NCBI GenBank assembly: GCA_012295275.1 | Contig: CM022665.1 | Span: 41,850,001-41,914,000, forward strand | Reading direction: 5' to 3' | From: Chrysomallon squamiferum | Taxonomy: Eukaryota > Animalia > Mollusca | DNA length: 64,000 nucleotides | Shown here: one piece after another, positions 28,048-41,241 of the stretch | Numbering within the stretch: position 1 is the first letter of the stretch | Layout of the letters: each line of letters opens with the position of its first letter | Position numbers and translations under genes: made by a program | The notes under the pieces: model-generated | Told to the model about the DNA's origin: nothing | Seen by the model: the letters and a program-made list of their open reading frames with translations, nothing else | The model's database searches: none

Positions 28048-29045
28048 GTGTATATATGAGTTATTTGTTGACAGGTTCTCCTGACATTACAGGTTTTCTT
28101 GGAGTAGAGATCGATCTACTAACAGCTGTTCTGCAGTAATGTAACAATTATAGCTAACCGTTTAGCGAACCGTAAAATCAATCAACAAAAATATTACATT
28201 AAGTATGTTTAGGAAAAATGTCACGTGAAAGAAATTTGAAACGATTATAGAAGATATAAATAATGATAATATAGCGAAAAAGCTGGATTATAAAATAACG
28301 AAATAAACCAACCAACCAACACACCAACAAAAGAATACGTAATTGAACGAACGAACGAACGAACGAACAAATAAATTATTAAATGAATGAATAAAAGTAA
28401 TTTAGATTTAAATGATTTAAAAATGATATAAATTACATTTTAAACTATAAATAAATAAATAAATATTAAATTTAAAAATCTACGATTTTAGACAATAGAA
28501 GAAATGTCTCACACCGTATATATAAGCATCACTTTCGAGTTAAGCTAATGTTAGTATTTCGTACGCTTGAAGACCAGTTACAAATGAAAATCTCTTTCAC
28601 CTTCCTGATTAATTTTAATGAAGAGCGGAGAAAAAAAACAAACAGGAAAAAAACAAACAAAAAAAACACGTTATTGGGATTTGATCCCAATACATATCGT
28701 TTTTTAAGTACTGCATAGACTTAACCACTGCGACAGTTTAGCCATAAAATAACTTTCGCTGTTTATTTAGCCTGCAACATCCTAAACTGCAACAAAGTCA
28801 TCTACTGGGAAAATACTTAATTTCTACCGCAGTCTTAAGTACAGCGTCGATTTCAAGCACTGAGAAGGTTTTAACTACTGGTAAGCTATGAATCAGGAAA
28901 AATAAATGCTCACGGATTCGAATCAACAATACGCTGATTTCCAACTAGGTCAAATTTAAGAACTGTGGTGACCAGAATATCAAAGTCACGGTCAACAAGC
29001 TGCTACAAGAAGATTAAATCGCTTGAGTGGTTACTTTATGAGGTA

Positions 29046-29940
29046 CAGTATTCCCTCGCTATTCGCGGGGGTTACGTTCTTTACCCCCCCGCGAATTGCG
29101 AAAAACCGCGAATATTGGATGCAGTTTTAAAACGTCTATTATGAGATTATATACGGTACTAAATGCTTCCCAAACACTTTCTAAAGACACTCTTACTCAT
29201 TAATACAGTAATAATGTAGTAATATTGCATGCAGTTATGTATTTCACTAATGTAGTAATGATAATGTAAACACATTTTAATTTTGTACTGAAACAATATT
29301 TTAATCAGAAAGAAACGTAAGTACAGGAGGACAGTAACACCGCATAGCATAGTTACCCATACTGTATTACTGTACCGTAAAGTCATTTTCTAAGCGTACA
29401 ACATATGTATTAGAATTGACAGAAAGTGGAACAAATTTAAAGGCAAACAGACAGATAAATACAGTATGCACAGTTCAGGTAATAATAAATAATACAATTC
29501 AGTAATAATATGCAATTAAAAACATTATTAATACACGGTCACAAAAAATATGCACTGTACATACAGTGTATGCATTTATAAAAAAATACGTACTGTATTG
29601 CAATAATAATTGAAAAAAGTTGATATTGTTTGTGCTGTCACCAATAATGAATGATAATAAAATGATGATGAAATTTGCAGTGCCATACGATGATGATGAT
29701 AACACTATGTACAGTATGGCACAGCTTAGCTGCTGCTTTACAGCACTTTAGGTAATTATTCCTACTCTTCAGGCACTTAAGTCTCTATGACCTACAAAAA
29801 CCCGGTTTACCGAGCATTTGTTTTTATGACGTTATGACGCTAGCCTGGTATACCAGCATACGATGCGATAGGGTTAAGAGCCTAACCCGCGAATATGCGG
29901 GGCCGCGAATGGGGAACCGCGAACAGGTGAGGGTATACTG
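29046..29940. mobile_element. Non-autonomous Tigger/pogo-type DNA transposon (MITE), 895 bp
   Basis: Imperfect TIRs CAGTATTCCCTCGCTATTCGCGG ... CCGCGAACAGGTGAGGGTATACTG, flanked on both sides by TA (29044-45, 29941-42); subterminal CCGCGAA repeats. Confidence 0.85.
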
Positions 29941-30271
29941 TACTTACACTCTGTTTGTATACTCGGCTGAATTTACTGGACATTCATTAAATACACTCAA
30001 GGAGTATGTTCAGAAACATAGCTACTGTCAAACACATAGGTCAGTAACACTGGTAACATATTGTGTATTCAAACAGCAGTTCTCTGTCGTAAAAGAGAGT
30101 CATCAAGGTTTATTGATAAATGATACGAGCTATGATAATGTGAGTTAGTAGTCATTACAAAGCATTATAATACATAGTCAAAAGTGTAAATATCTGCACA
30201 TACATTATACTCATGCGTAGAAATTCAATATTAAAATAATATATGCGTTATGGTTCTATGCTTGTGAGAAT

Positions 30272-30309
<38 letters not shown>

Positions 30310-30588
30310 CCCTTTTCCTAAATATATCAGAAAAATCATACACATGGACGTTTCTGTGAAAATTGTTACATATTTATATTCTGTTCAAAATCATCTGTCA
30401 CTGGCACGACCTCTGATGAATCAATCGCCTGCCATGTTCGTGATGAAATATTATTTTTATCCTTCTCACGTTTTCATTTATGATTACCTGTAAGAGTGTC
30501 TATACCCAGTAGACAGATAATTACTGTCATTTTCTGTGCATGAACTGTTATCTCCATTCTGTCCAAATTATAATCAATAATATGTAAA

Positions 30589-30619
<31 letters not shown>

Positions 30620-30881
30620 CCCCATTTAATAAAATAACTACCTCGGAATGTTTAACGTGTGGTAGGTATCTGCATAAAATCCTTATCCGAGATATTTGAC
30701 ATTTTTACATTTCACGATTCCCGATCACAAAAGTGTTCTGGACTTTTAATTGTGTTCAAATTAAGTTTTGTGCATGTTTGTATTGAAATAGTGCGACAGT
30801 AAGATAGAATAAAAAAAAAAAAAAACAACGACAACAACGGTTAACGATAATAATAAAAAAAATAACGAAAGAGAACAATAC

Positions 30882-31059
30882 CTAACAGACAGGTTCTGTG
30901 TTTGTGTTTAAACTTCAGTCGAACCGCGTGCAGATGTTGAACAAGCGTGGATTCTTGTGGGCCTTCTATCGCCGAAAAAATTGACGCTCCAATAACAAGG
31001 AATAACACGTAAAACACAGTCAAAACAAGCAGACGCACAGTACTTCTTTTTAATCCCAT
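30882..31059 (-). CDS. K2P potassium channel (TWIK/KCNK1-like), distal first coding exon: N-terminus, TM1 and cap helix
   Basis: ATG at 31059 gives MGLKRSTVRLLVLTVFYVLFLVIGASIFSAIEGPQESTLVQHLHAVRLKFKHKHRTCLL, with the K2P M1 motif GA-x-IF-x-x-IEGPQE and the cap Cys. Donor TTAG|GTATTG (GT at 30881-30880); 178 nt, phase 1. Confidence 0.85.
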
Positions 31060-31849
31060 ATTGTTTCACGTCTGGTTGAACTAGCAGACGTCCAAACCTA
31101 TGTAACGTCTGCTCGCAGCTAACTGCAGATTCCGCTAAACCGCCTCGTGCGAAGCAGGCGAATTGGGGACGCCATACGAGAAAGAAAAAAGCCTCGGAAA
31201 TCAAATCTCGTTTTATTGATTGCACTGGAAAAGCTCCCGTAACATCGCATAGAGAAGACAAAAAAAAAAAAAAAAAAAGAGAGACGAAAAACCATAAATT
31301 TTAAACTAACTGTCAAGCAATCCAAACGTAACGTAATATCGAACAAAAGCAAGAACGAATGCTTTTCAATTATTTTACAAATGGCTGCGTAATGTCAACA
31401 ACTTAAATTCATTATCCAATTAGTAAGAAATGTGCAGGCATGCATAAATGAATAAACGTATATATTTATATCTGTCTATCCGTTCGTCCAACAATCCAGT
31501 AATGTTTGTAAGCTATAGCAGATTTGGCACATTACTCTGGACGCGTCTTGAAATGTAGGGGAGGAGTCACCGAGCAGTTTTTGTTATGTGGGTAGATGTT
31601 TGGGTAGGCTGCAGTTCCAGTGCTTGTCATAGTGTCATGCATGCTGTTTTCCACAGATCAGTTTTTTCCTGCATTCATCCATGCATATATGTTCCTCGTC
31701 TGTGTTTCTGTCTGACGATCCATAACTGCATACGGATCTTTCTTACTTTTCTTTTTCTCCTTCTTCTTCTTCTTCATCATCATCATCAGCAGCAGCAGCA
31801 GCATTATTAATTTTTAAATAATTATTGTTGTTGTTATTATTATTATTAC

Positions 31850-31889
<40 letters not shown>

Positions 31890-32211
31890 TATTATTATTA
31901 TTATTATTATCATCATCATCATTATTATTACATGTTTCAGTTAAAAGTATTCTCTTTATACAAAACCACAACAACCACAACAACTCAACAACCACCACAA
32001 TAACCACAACAACCGACAACAACAGCAACAACAAAACAGGCCATTTTTCATCATGCAGACGATTAATCGGTTTAGGTTTAACTTCCTGGGCTCCACGTCC
32101 TTGAAATCAGTAAACATGATTAATATTATTTTAAGAAATTAATGAAAACACTCAACAATAGAAATCATGACAACAATGGCAGTGCGAGAGAGATAATAAT
32201 AATAATAATAA

Positions 32212-32242
<31 letters not shown>

Positions 32243-32549
32243 AAGAAGAAGAAGAAGAAGAAAAAGAAGAAGACCAGCCAAAGGGTCATATAAATGTACA
32301 AGTACGTCTGTCTTGGACACAATCGAAGGACTGCATTGTCTGTTCTAGTGTTAATGTATTACAGAAATAGGAGATTAGTTCGGAAAAGAGACAGTAAAGT
32401 TTCAGCTGGTTTCTTGTACGAACTGGTACAGGAGAAGAGTCATAATGATAGCTTATCCGACTGTGTTACCAAAACCTGTAAAGACTGGAACGTTTTTCAT
32501 TCCTTTTAAATGAATATGTCAGCGAGCTTTTTTTTTTTTTTTAAACGTA

Positions 32550-32740
32550 GACATTTATATTAAAGTTTGTTAGATGATACGCCTAAGGTTTCGTAATAAC
32601 GATATCAGATAGGAAACCTCATGGGTTATTTTTAACCATTAACAGCATAACATTTCTCTAATTGAATTGCTTACATATCACCGTAGACAGATTTGCACGT
32701 ACTACGAATTTTGATATCCTGTTCATGAAGCCCAGGCAAA
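32550..32740 (-). mobile_element. Old SINE-like interspersed repeat (family B), highly degraded
   Basis: Weak similarity to the copies at 3660-3880 and 24640-24870. Confidence 0.3.
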
Positions 32741-33152
32741 ATATCATAGCAGAATTGATTTTGTGATTCTTTTCTTTTTTCTTTGTTCTTTTTTTTCTTT
32801 CTTTTTCTTTTCTTTTCTTCTTCATCTTTATATTATTTTTATTTTTTAATTTTCCAATTTTTTATTATTATTATTATTATTTTTTTTTTACCTCTGCTTA
32901 GCGTTTTGTCATTAAGTTACAATCCGCTGTAAAAAGCTGAAGATAAAAGATAAAAATTACAAAATTAATCTATTAGTAGACTGCTGTGTTAATGTGCCTC
33001 ACAGTTAAGTCCGTGATTGCTGCGGATGCCGATGTCAAAGCAAATCTTATTCTGAAGACGTATAGTTCAGATAAGTTGAATTTACTTGTGTGCATTAGAC
33101 TTGCCAAACAGTGTTTGCGAAATAGCAGAGATTTGTCATTTAACACCATTAC

Positions 33153-33235
<83 letters not shown>

Positions 33236-33575
33236 GTTGTTGTTTTTATTATTTTATTTTACCTTTCTGTTTTCTTATTAATTTTTTTTCTTGATGCGTT
33301 TTATTATTATTGTTGTTGTTGTTTTTGATTCTGCTGCTATTGTTTTTTTTTATTCTCTTATTTTACTTTTATTTTTTATTATTTTCTTTATTTCTTTTCT
33401 TTCTTTTCTTTCTTTCTTTCTTTCATTTAATTTTTAAATTTTAATTTTTTAAATTTATCTATGTCATCAACCTTTATAGTTTAAAATGTCGGCCATGAAT
33501 GGTTCATATTTGGATGTGGCCTCGTTACCGTCTCATAACTAAAGCTAACTGTGAAGATGTTAAAACTCTCCAGAC

Positions 33576-33626
<51 letters not shown>

Positions 33627-34494
33627 CATCATCATTATTATTATTATTATCATTATATCTGTTTAAGAATCTGACACATAGGGTTCTGTGCAAAGTGCAG
33701 AGACAGGGTCTGAAACTTCTGTAATGTTTGATCGTTTCACACGATTCACTCAAACCTATTTTCATTCCTCGATTTCTGTACATAATAATAATAATAATGA
33801 CAATGATGGAGATGATAATGATGACAGTGATAATGATGATGATAATAACAACAACAATAACAATAATAATAATTATATCAACACTACTACTACTAGTACT
33901 ACTACTACCAATAATAATACACTTTTCTACAAGAGACCAACGCTGTGCAGTTACAAATCATTCTTCAAAATGTTGGCTTTAATCACGAGGTATATTAATG
34001 ATGAAATAACACGTAAACATCATATTAGCTTCCACTTGCACAAATCAACGTCATATCGATTAGCAGAAACTGGGCTGAAATATGTTCATGACGTAGACTC
34101 TTAATTATTGTTATTTTGACTGCAGCAGATAATAATTGTCTTCACAGGCAGCACACTCAAATCTACTTTGAATCAAATGACATTCAGCGAAACGTCAAGA
34201 GGGAGATACTTGCAATAGAAAGAAAGAAAGAAAGAAAGAAAGAAAAGCTGACTATTAATACAATGCACGTGAAGTACGATGTGTCAGGTATACTAGTGGA
34301 TTTGATTATTGAATGCATCGTACCACGTTTCACTCTGATAATTATAATGTGAGTTATATGGCTTACAGCACAAAACCATACGGTTTTGCATAGTATCATG
34401 TGTCACATATTATTTGTTACAAAGATACAAGATTATAATGATATCTCATCGTATCCTGTCGAATTATACATCTTGTTCCTTCATTTCATGTAAA

Positions 34495-35080
34495 ATCACA
34501 TCAGAACATGCATCACATCATATCACAATGCATCACATAATAATGCATCACTTCATATGACATAATATGACATAATAGCATATTACATAATATCACATAC
34601 ATCACATATCATATATCACAATACATCACATCACACCATATCATATATATCATAGTGTATCACATCGTACGTCATATCACATCGTACGTCAGATCACATC
34701 ATATCACAATACATCACAGCACACCATATATATATCATAGTGTATCGCATCTTGCATCACATCATATCAGCTCACATCAAATCACAACACATCGTACATC
34801 ACATTACATCAGCTCACATCAAATCACATCACATCGTATATCACATCCATCACATCGTATATCACATCCATCACATCGTACATTACATCACATCAGCTTA
34901 CATCACATCACATCACATCGTACATTACATCACGTCAGCTTACATCACATCACACCAGCTTACATCACATCAAATCACATCACATCACATCGTACATTAC
35001 ATCACATCAGCTTACATCACATCACATCAGCTCACATCACATCAAATCACATCACATCACATCGTACATGACATGACATC
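34495..35080. repeat. (CATCA)n-derived degenerate satellite
   Basis: Continuous ATCAC/CATCA pentamers with higher-order CATCGTACATTACATCACATCAGCTTA units; source of the His/Ile-rich spurious ORFs. Confidence 0.85.
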
Positions 35081-35450
35081 GCACTGCAGAGCTTATATCA
35101 GCTTGGTAGATTTGCGTTGACAAAACAGGCCACACTAAAACAGTGAGTTGTTGACTGAAATCGCGAGTCGAATCTGTTGTGAATTATCAGGCAGAGTAGA
35201 GATTGCGACATCTATTCCAAGCATCGGCCGCGCGCCAATTTGCTGGAATTTCCCGTGAGACAGTCTCGCGTGTACAAAGCTAAATGACATTAGACTTGCA
35301 CAAGCGACCTCTCTTAGGCCTTTAAAACAAATTTAATTGTTTGTTGGTCTCGTTTTATATATCCGAAATAAAAAATAAAAATAGAAATAAAAATAAAAAT
35401 AAAAATAAATAAATAAATTAATTAATTAATAAGTAAAATAACATAAAATA

Positions 35451-35494
<44 letters not shown>

Positions 35495-35575
35495 AATAAT
35501 AATAAAATAAATAAATAAATAAATAAATAAAAATAACAATAAATTTTAAAAAGTTTTTAATCATACGATATCATA

Positions 35576-35622
<47 letters not shown>

Positions 35623-36135
35623 ACTCACATTATTTTGACATACTTTGAATATTTATAAGTGCAGATGGTAACTTTTAGCTTTCTTACGAAGCAAGTAATA
35701 ATTCATAAGCTACACAGGAACATTTAAATATTTATCCTGCAACATGAAACAAAACGTTGGTGTACGAGCCCTAGGGGAATATAATATTGCTGTTTAAAAA
35801 TATATATCTAAATCAGGAGAAGAGTAAAGTTCGTAGATGTTGAATATTAAGTCTCAAACAATCCTTCATTTTTAACCGAGACAGTATTTTAAGAGTTACA
35901 TTTCGTTTTTCCTATGATGAAGCCTACATTTATTGTAAGAGATGTTTCTTGTATAGCATAACTGAAATGTTCAGTATAATATCCTTTGACATCTGTGCAG
36001 ATCTGTCTGACTGTCTGTGTGTCTGTCTGTCTTTGTATGCATCTTTCTTTCTTTATATATTTATCTATCACACATACATACATAAAAACGTACATACATA
36101 CATACATAGATACATACATACAAAAATACGTTTAT

Positions 36136-36220
<85 letters not shown>

Positions 36221-36813
36221 TAATTTTTTTTTTTTCCCATTATGTTCCTGTATCTACGCTCCAGTTCGTTCGGCTGCTGAAAACACAGTACTTGTTTTTG
36301 CTTTCATTAAAAATTAACTAGTGCTAAGGAAACAAGCAAGTCACCTGTGTATGTACTATAATTCAATCTACGTCATTGATTTTTCAAGCATCACAGTTGC
36401 GGATTTCACAAAGGAAATGTAACTAGACTGTTATTAGGCTAACATAATTTTGTTACAGTACAGTTGAGTAAAATGAAGGACTTGAAAGAATTAGGTAAAA
36501 AAATAGTGAGAAAATTACATTAAATTTTTTTTGTAAAGAAGTAATTGTTTTGTGAGAACACACACGTACACAAGAAAAATAAATAAAATGTATTTAAATT
36601 CGTAACATTTTTTGTTTAACTAAAGGATATTAAAATAAATAAATAAATAAATACTACTACTGTTATTATACTGTTATTATTATTATTATTATTATTATCA
36701 TCACCATCATTATCATCATCATTATTATCATCATCATCATCATCATTATTATTGTCATCATCATCATTATCATTATCATCCTCCTCATCATCATCATTAT
36801 TATTGTCATCACC

Positions 36814-36882
<69 letters not shown>

Positions 36883-37251
36883 TATCCCTGCTTTGCAACT
36901 TTTATTCGACAAGAAAACACGGAACAAAATACTGATCATGATTAGCATATTAAACACTTCTAGGATATAACCGTTTTTTGAAGGCGGAAACATCTTTGCT
37001 CGGATAATGTCATAAACATATAATCAATATATTTATAAAACTTCATTTCCTTAGGGAAATGTTTGAGTGATTTCTTGATGTCACAGAAGAACAAAGTTAT
37101 TCACTGGACTGGATAGAACTGGTTATTTAACATCTATAACGTTAATACAGTACAGACAAAAGGAGAGAGAAAGAAAATTGCCCATGATAATCGTTTTTCG
37201 AATGATTTAAAATTGGTTACTTATTATTTTAAAAGAATAAGAAAAAAAATA

Positions 37252-37284
<33 letters not shown>

Positions 37285-37533
37285 TATTATTTATCTTGTT
37301 ATATTATTAGTTGAGATAGTGTACTAAAAAGGGCTGTCTTTCTTTCACTAGATATCGTGATACAATATTTTGTGAACTAATTTAAAATTTCTAAACTCTA
37401 GTATAACTGGTCTGATTAGGCAGTTAGAATAATCATATACTTTTCCTAAATAAATAGAAATTTCTGGAAAATATTTATTTCACGATTTCTGTGGTGCGTC
37501 GGAATTCACGGAGGAATTTAATAGACGAAACAA

Positions 37534-37545
37534 TTTGGCGGAAAA
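37534..37545 (+). promoter_or_regulatory. Candidate E2F-binding site in putative LRR1 promoter/5' UTR exon
   Basis: TTTGGCGGAAAA in a locally CpG-containing patch about 740 bp upstream of the LRR1 ATG. A possible donor (CAG|GTTTGT, ~37556) and acceptor (AG 38257-38258) suggest a non-coding first exon. Motif match only. Confidence 0.4.
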
Positions 37546-38276
37546 ATTGGTTCAGGTTTGTTTAAGATTACTTTTCAACAAATTTGATCAACTGAGGTCA
37601 CTAAATGCAGATCACAGTATTTGACAGATTGTAGCGGGGAGGGAGGGGAGAACGGAGGTTCCCGTCATGTCGAGATGGTCTATACCTGATTTTGAATTCG
37701 TAATAGTTTTCTCACACTTAGTTTCTTATTTCGACATTAGCCGTTATTAATATTAGGTCATTCGTTCAGGTCAATAATCTTAGAGAATAATATTATGAAA
37801 AAAAAAACGTTTTGTCGTAGGTAAAATACACAAAACGCTTCACCTTCATTCAAGAGAAGGTAATCTATTTACAGGTTTAAGATTAGAATAAATTTTTGTT
37901 TATTTAGAAAGATAAACCTTAAACGATAGTTTCAGTAGCACTAGCAGTCTCAGAGTCTGTAATTTGCCATTATGATTATACTGTAATTGTATTTTAAAAA
38001 TTAACAAGTATATAATACAGAGTAAATACAGATTAAATGAAACATTATTTAATTTTCAGTATCACACACACACACACACACAAACCCATCACCCCCCCAC
38101 ACAGCTTCACACATTTATTTCGCTTTTATTGAAAGCTAAATATTGCATTTACTCTGTAAATGAAATAGGTTTGTATACTTTTAATTGTGTGTATATATAT
38201 ATATATATATAAATGAAAAATAAATAACAGTAATGTTAATTATTGTTTTATAATTCAGTAATTTAATAAACTAAAG

Positions 38277-38459
38277 ATGAGATTAACGTGTGAGGTTGAA
38301 CTTGTTAATCGCCTTCTCCCGTCGTTCAACCTGAAAAAAGCAAGTCGCAGCTGTCGAGCCCAGATTTCTCTTGGTAAAAAACCTGCCAGCTCTTCCAAAG
38401 ATGGCTCCCTGTTTCTCATGATTTGTACTGCCAAAGACAGAAATGGAACCAAGTTTTCA
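38277..38459 (+). CDS. LRR1: LRR1 coding exon 1
   Basis: ATG 38277, MRLTCEVELV...RNGTKFS, donor TCA|GTAAGT; 183 nt. Confidence 0.92.
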
Positions 38460-41241
38460 GTAAGTTTAACAATCCATTAATGTTGAAAGAAAAAATTCTG
38501 TGAAAATTTACTAGTTTAATTAATACTTAATAAAAGGTATGTGTGTTTACTTTAAAAACCAAAAACCACATTAAATTTGGGTTTAAAATTGTAATCAAAT
38601 GTAAAGATCTCTTTAACGGATTTTTATAAACTTATCTTTAGTAATTTGTTAAAATATATGTAAAAATTAATGAATGAGACATAATAAAAGGTGCTGTATT
38701 AATAGTGCTGATATTTGATTCATATTTCACATGGAAAGTTAATGAAAACAGAGAAGGGGGACATTGATCTAATGTACATGGCAGTCGATAAAGGGAAAAT
38801 TCCTGATTTTTTTTATTTCTGTACATGTATATAATAAGTATCTCTCTCTGTCTCTGTCTGTCTGTGTACATATATATATATAGATATATATTGTCCTTTA
38901 TTAATTTATAAAATGTGGGTTGTATAAATATAGTATGTCTCATTATTCTACTTTGTTTTTCAATTTCTAGGTGAAAGGCAATATTGAGAAGATATTTGCC
39001 AAGTTTATTTCGGATGGGAAAGCCACGATTCGCATAAAAGAGCCACAACAAGATATATGCATAAGTAAGGTGAATGACCCTGTTATTTGATGTTTTAAGA
39101 GTTCCTTTAGATTCAGTAATAAATTCAAACTGTACAAATATTGAATATGATGTGTGTATTGTTTAATTTCTATCATTGTTTAAAAACTAGTTGACTAGTA
39201 TACTGAGTAATAGCATATATTTTTTTATGTGAAAAATCAGGATGGAATGACTATGTAATATATTTATAATATACATCATTTACATGTACAGCATTCAAAT
39301 ATTTTAATATGAAGTCTAAACTTAATAAATACTGTTTTGGTTTACTATATTTTATGACATGTTTTTACAAAAAAATACTTTCAGAAAGAACATGCTTATC
39401 TCCCCCCCCCCCATTTATTCTGTTTTTAAACATGATGGCAATTCAGGCATATTAAGACAATTGCTGTAGAAGTCTTTCTGTGCACTCAGTCTGGTGTAAG
39501 CAGGTTTCAAGACAAGTCTGTTTTGTAATACAATTACCGATTCATATTTCAGGCAGATCCACTGCAGCTGAAGAACATGTTAAATCTGATTCGACTGGCC
39601 TCGCAGGGGAAGGAGTTAGACCACACAGCTCTCTCATCTCTGGCGCCAGCATCAGCCAGACAGGTGGAGAAACCAAAAACCAGAATGACCATTGTCAGTC
39701 GAAAGGAGTACCCAGTGACGACAACATTTCCTTCATCTCTAGAATCACTGCAGGTATCTCACTGCTGCATGAAACGAATCGATTCTCGCATTTTCAAGCT
39801 TTCAAAGCTGCAGGTTCTGAACTTGTGTCACAACCGAATTCAGAACCTTCCGGAAGATTTTGGCCGCCTGACCTCTTTGTACGAGTTGTACGTCAACAAC
39901 AACGAAATAGCAACTCTTCCCGTTTCGTTTTGTCGAAGCAGTCTCTCGTATTCTCTTGTTGTGTTAGATATCAGTGAAAATCCCTTGACCAAGCTGCCAC
40001 TGGAGATCTGCGAGCTGAAAGAGCTAGCCACTCTGAAAGCCAACAACATTGGGATCGAATCGTTGCCTCCGACGATAGGAAAGTTAAAACATCTGAATTT
40101 TCTTTCTGTCACTCACAACCAGTTGTCAACCCTCCCAGCTGGCTTCACCAGACTTCGGTTAGATTATCTCGACCTTTATGGGAATCCACTGGATCTTGAT
40201 CAGACCGAGTCTCCTGTTACATCTAACATCACCTTTCCAACACTTGTAGAATGCTGTGCCAGGTCCATAAAAAAATACAGGTATGTGGATCATTAATATG
40301 TTAGAAACAAAAACGATTTAGTTATTCTAATATATAGTTTATTTTCGTCATTTCAGATAAAATAAATTTGAGTGATTTACTGTAAATGGAGTGAAATTTT
40401 TTGTGATTACAGATCAAACTGAAGAACTAACATGTATATTAAATAACTATTATTATTAAGGCATTATATTGTAATTTTGTATAGATAAAACCGTTCACTT
40501 TCGGTTTTTGAAAATCATCTTAATTAGTTAATATGTGTATTTTTGTTTTTTTGGGTTTTTTTATTTTTTATTTTTTTAGTATCGTTACTTTTTCTAATTA
40601 CCAATTACAATTAAATGTTATTTTTTAAACTATATCTTCAAATTTAATGATACTGTTTCACACGAGTTGAAAGAACATACTACATTCTAGGCTGGCTGGA
40701 CTAAATTTTTTCAAAACTGGAAGAAAGCTCGATTTATTTAAGTAAAGGTGACTCAGTTGTATTTTTGTTAGCACATTTTATCAACAGAATACTCAGAGAT
40801 TTGGCTTCTTTTGTCCTTCTAGATCAAATGTAGCAATGAACCCGTATTAAAAAAAAAAAGATCTATTATTCTCTTCTTTATTTATTACCAGAGGTCCTGA
40901 CATTGAAGACAATGTGTCATTTTCTTCCAGATCCTATGTATCGATGAGCCATGTTTTTAAAATGATCTACTCTTACATTTTCTAACAGAATTCCTTACAC
41001 TGAAGATGATCTGTTCTCACAGCTGTGCAGCTATCTGGATTCTGCTCGTCAGTGTTGGTGTGGTAACTACTGCTTCCAGTGTGCAGCCCGCTACGTAGCT
41101 GCTGTTGACCTGCAGCAGATCACAACCACAGTGACAGCCTGGGACAGCATCGGCACCAAGACAGTGCCTGTCGAAGCGTTTCTGTGTTCGCAAGCTTGTC
41201 TAAGCAAGTTTCAAAACAATTCTGTCGCTTATTGGAAATAG
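38277..41241 (+). CDS. LRR1: Leucine-rich repeat protein 1 (CUL2-ElonginBC substrate receptor), complete CDS join(38277..38459,38971..39069,39553..40280,40989..41241), 420 aa
   Basis: N-terminal MRLTCEVELVNRLLP...KGNIEKIFAKFISDGKATIRIKEPQQDICISK matches the LRR1 PH-like domain. It is followed by LRRs, a BC-box-like FPTLVECCARSI and a C-terminal CxCG...FLCSxxC motif. All introns are GT-AG with consistent phases (0,0,2); total 1263 nt. Confidence 0.93.
38971..39069 (+). CDS. LRR1: LRR1 coding exon 2
   Basis: tttctag|VKGNIEKIFAKFISDGKATIRIKEPQQDICISK|GTGAAT; 99 nt. Confidence 0.92.
39553..40280 (+). CDS. LRR1: LRR1 coding exon 3 (LRR array and BC box)
   Basis: tttcag|ADPLQLKNMLNLIRLASQG...LQVLNLCHNRIQNLP...RSIKKY AG|GTATGT; 728 nt. 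Confidence 0.93.
40989..41241 (+). CDS. LRR1: LRR1 last coding exon
   Basis: taacag|(R)IPYTEDDLFSQLCSYLDSARQCWCGNYCF...FLCSQACLSKFQNNSVAYWK*, TAG 41239-41241. Confidence 0.9.

Noticed and set aside
33086-33328. ORF containing LDAFYY, resembling the K2P second pore-helix start
   Set aside because: Plus strand (opposite to the channel exons), embedded in low-complexity T-rich sequence and lacking a G(Y/L/F)G filter
39480-40112. Overlapping ORFs 39480-39977 (+) and 39840-40112 (-), and antisense ORFs across BIRC6 exons
   Set aside because: Alternative-frame or antisense shadows of real coding exons with no recognisable motifs
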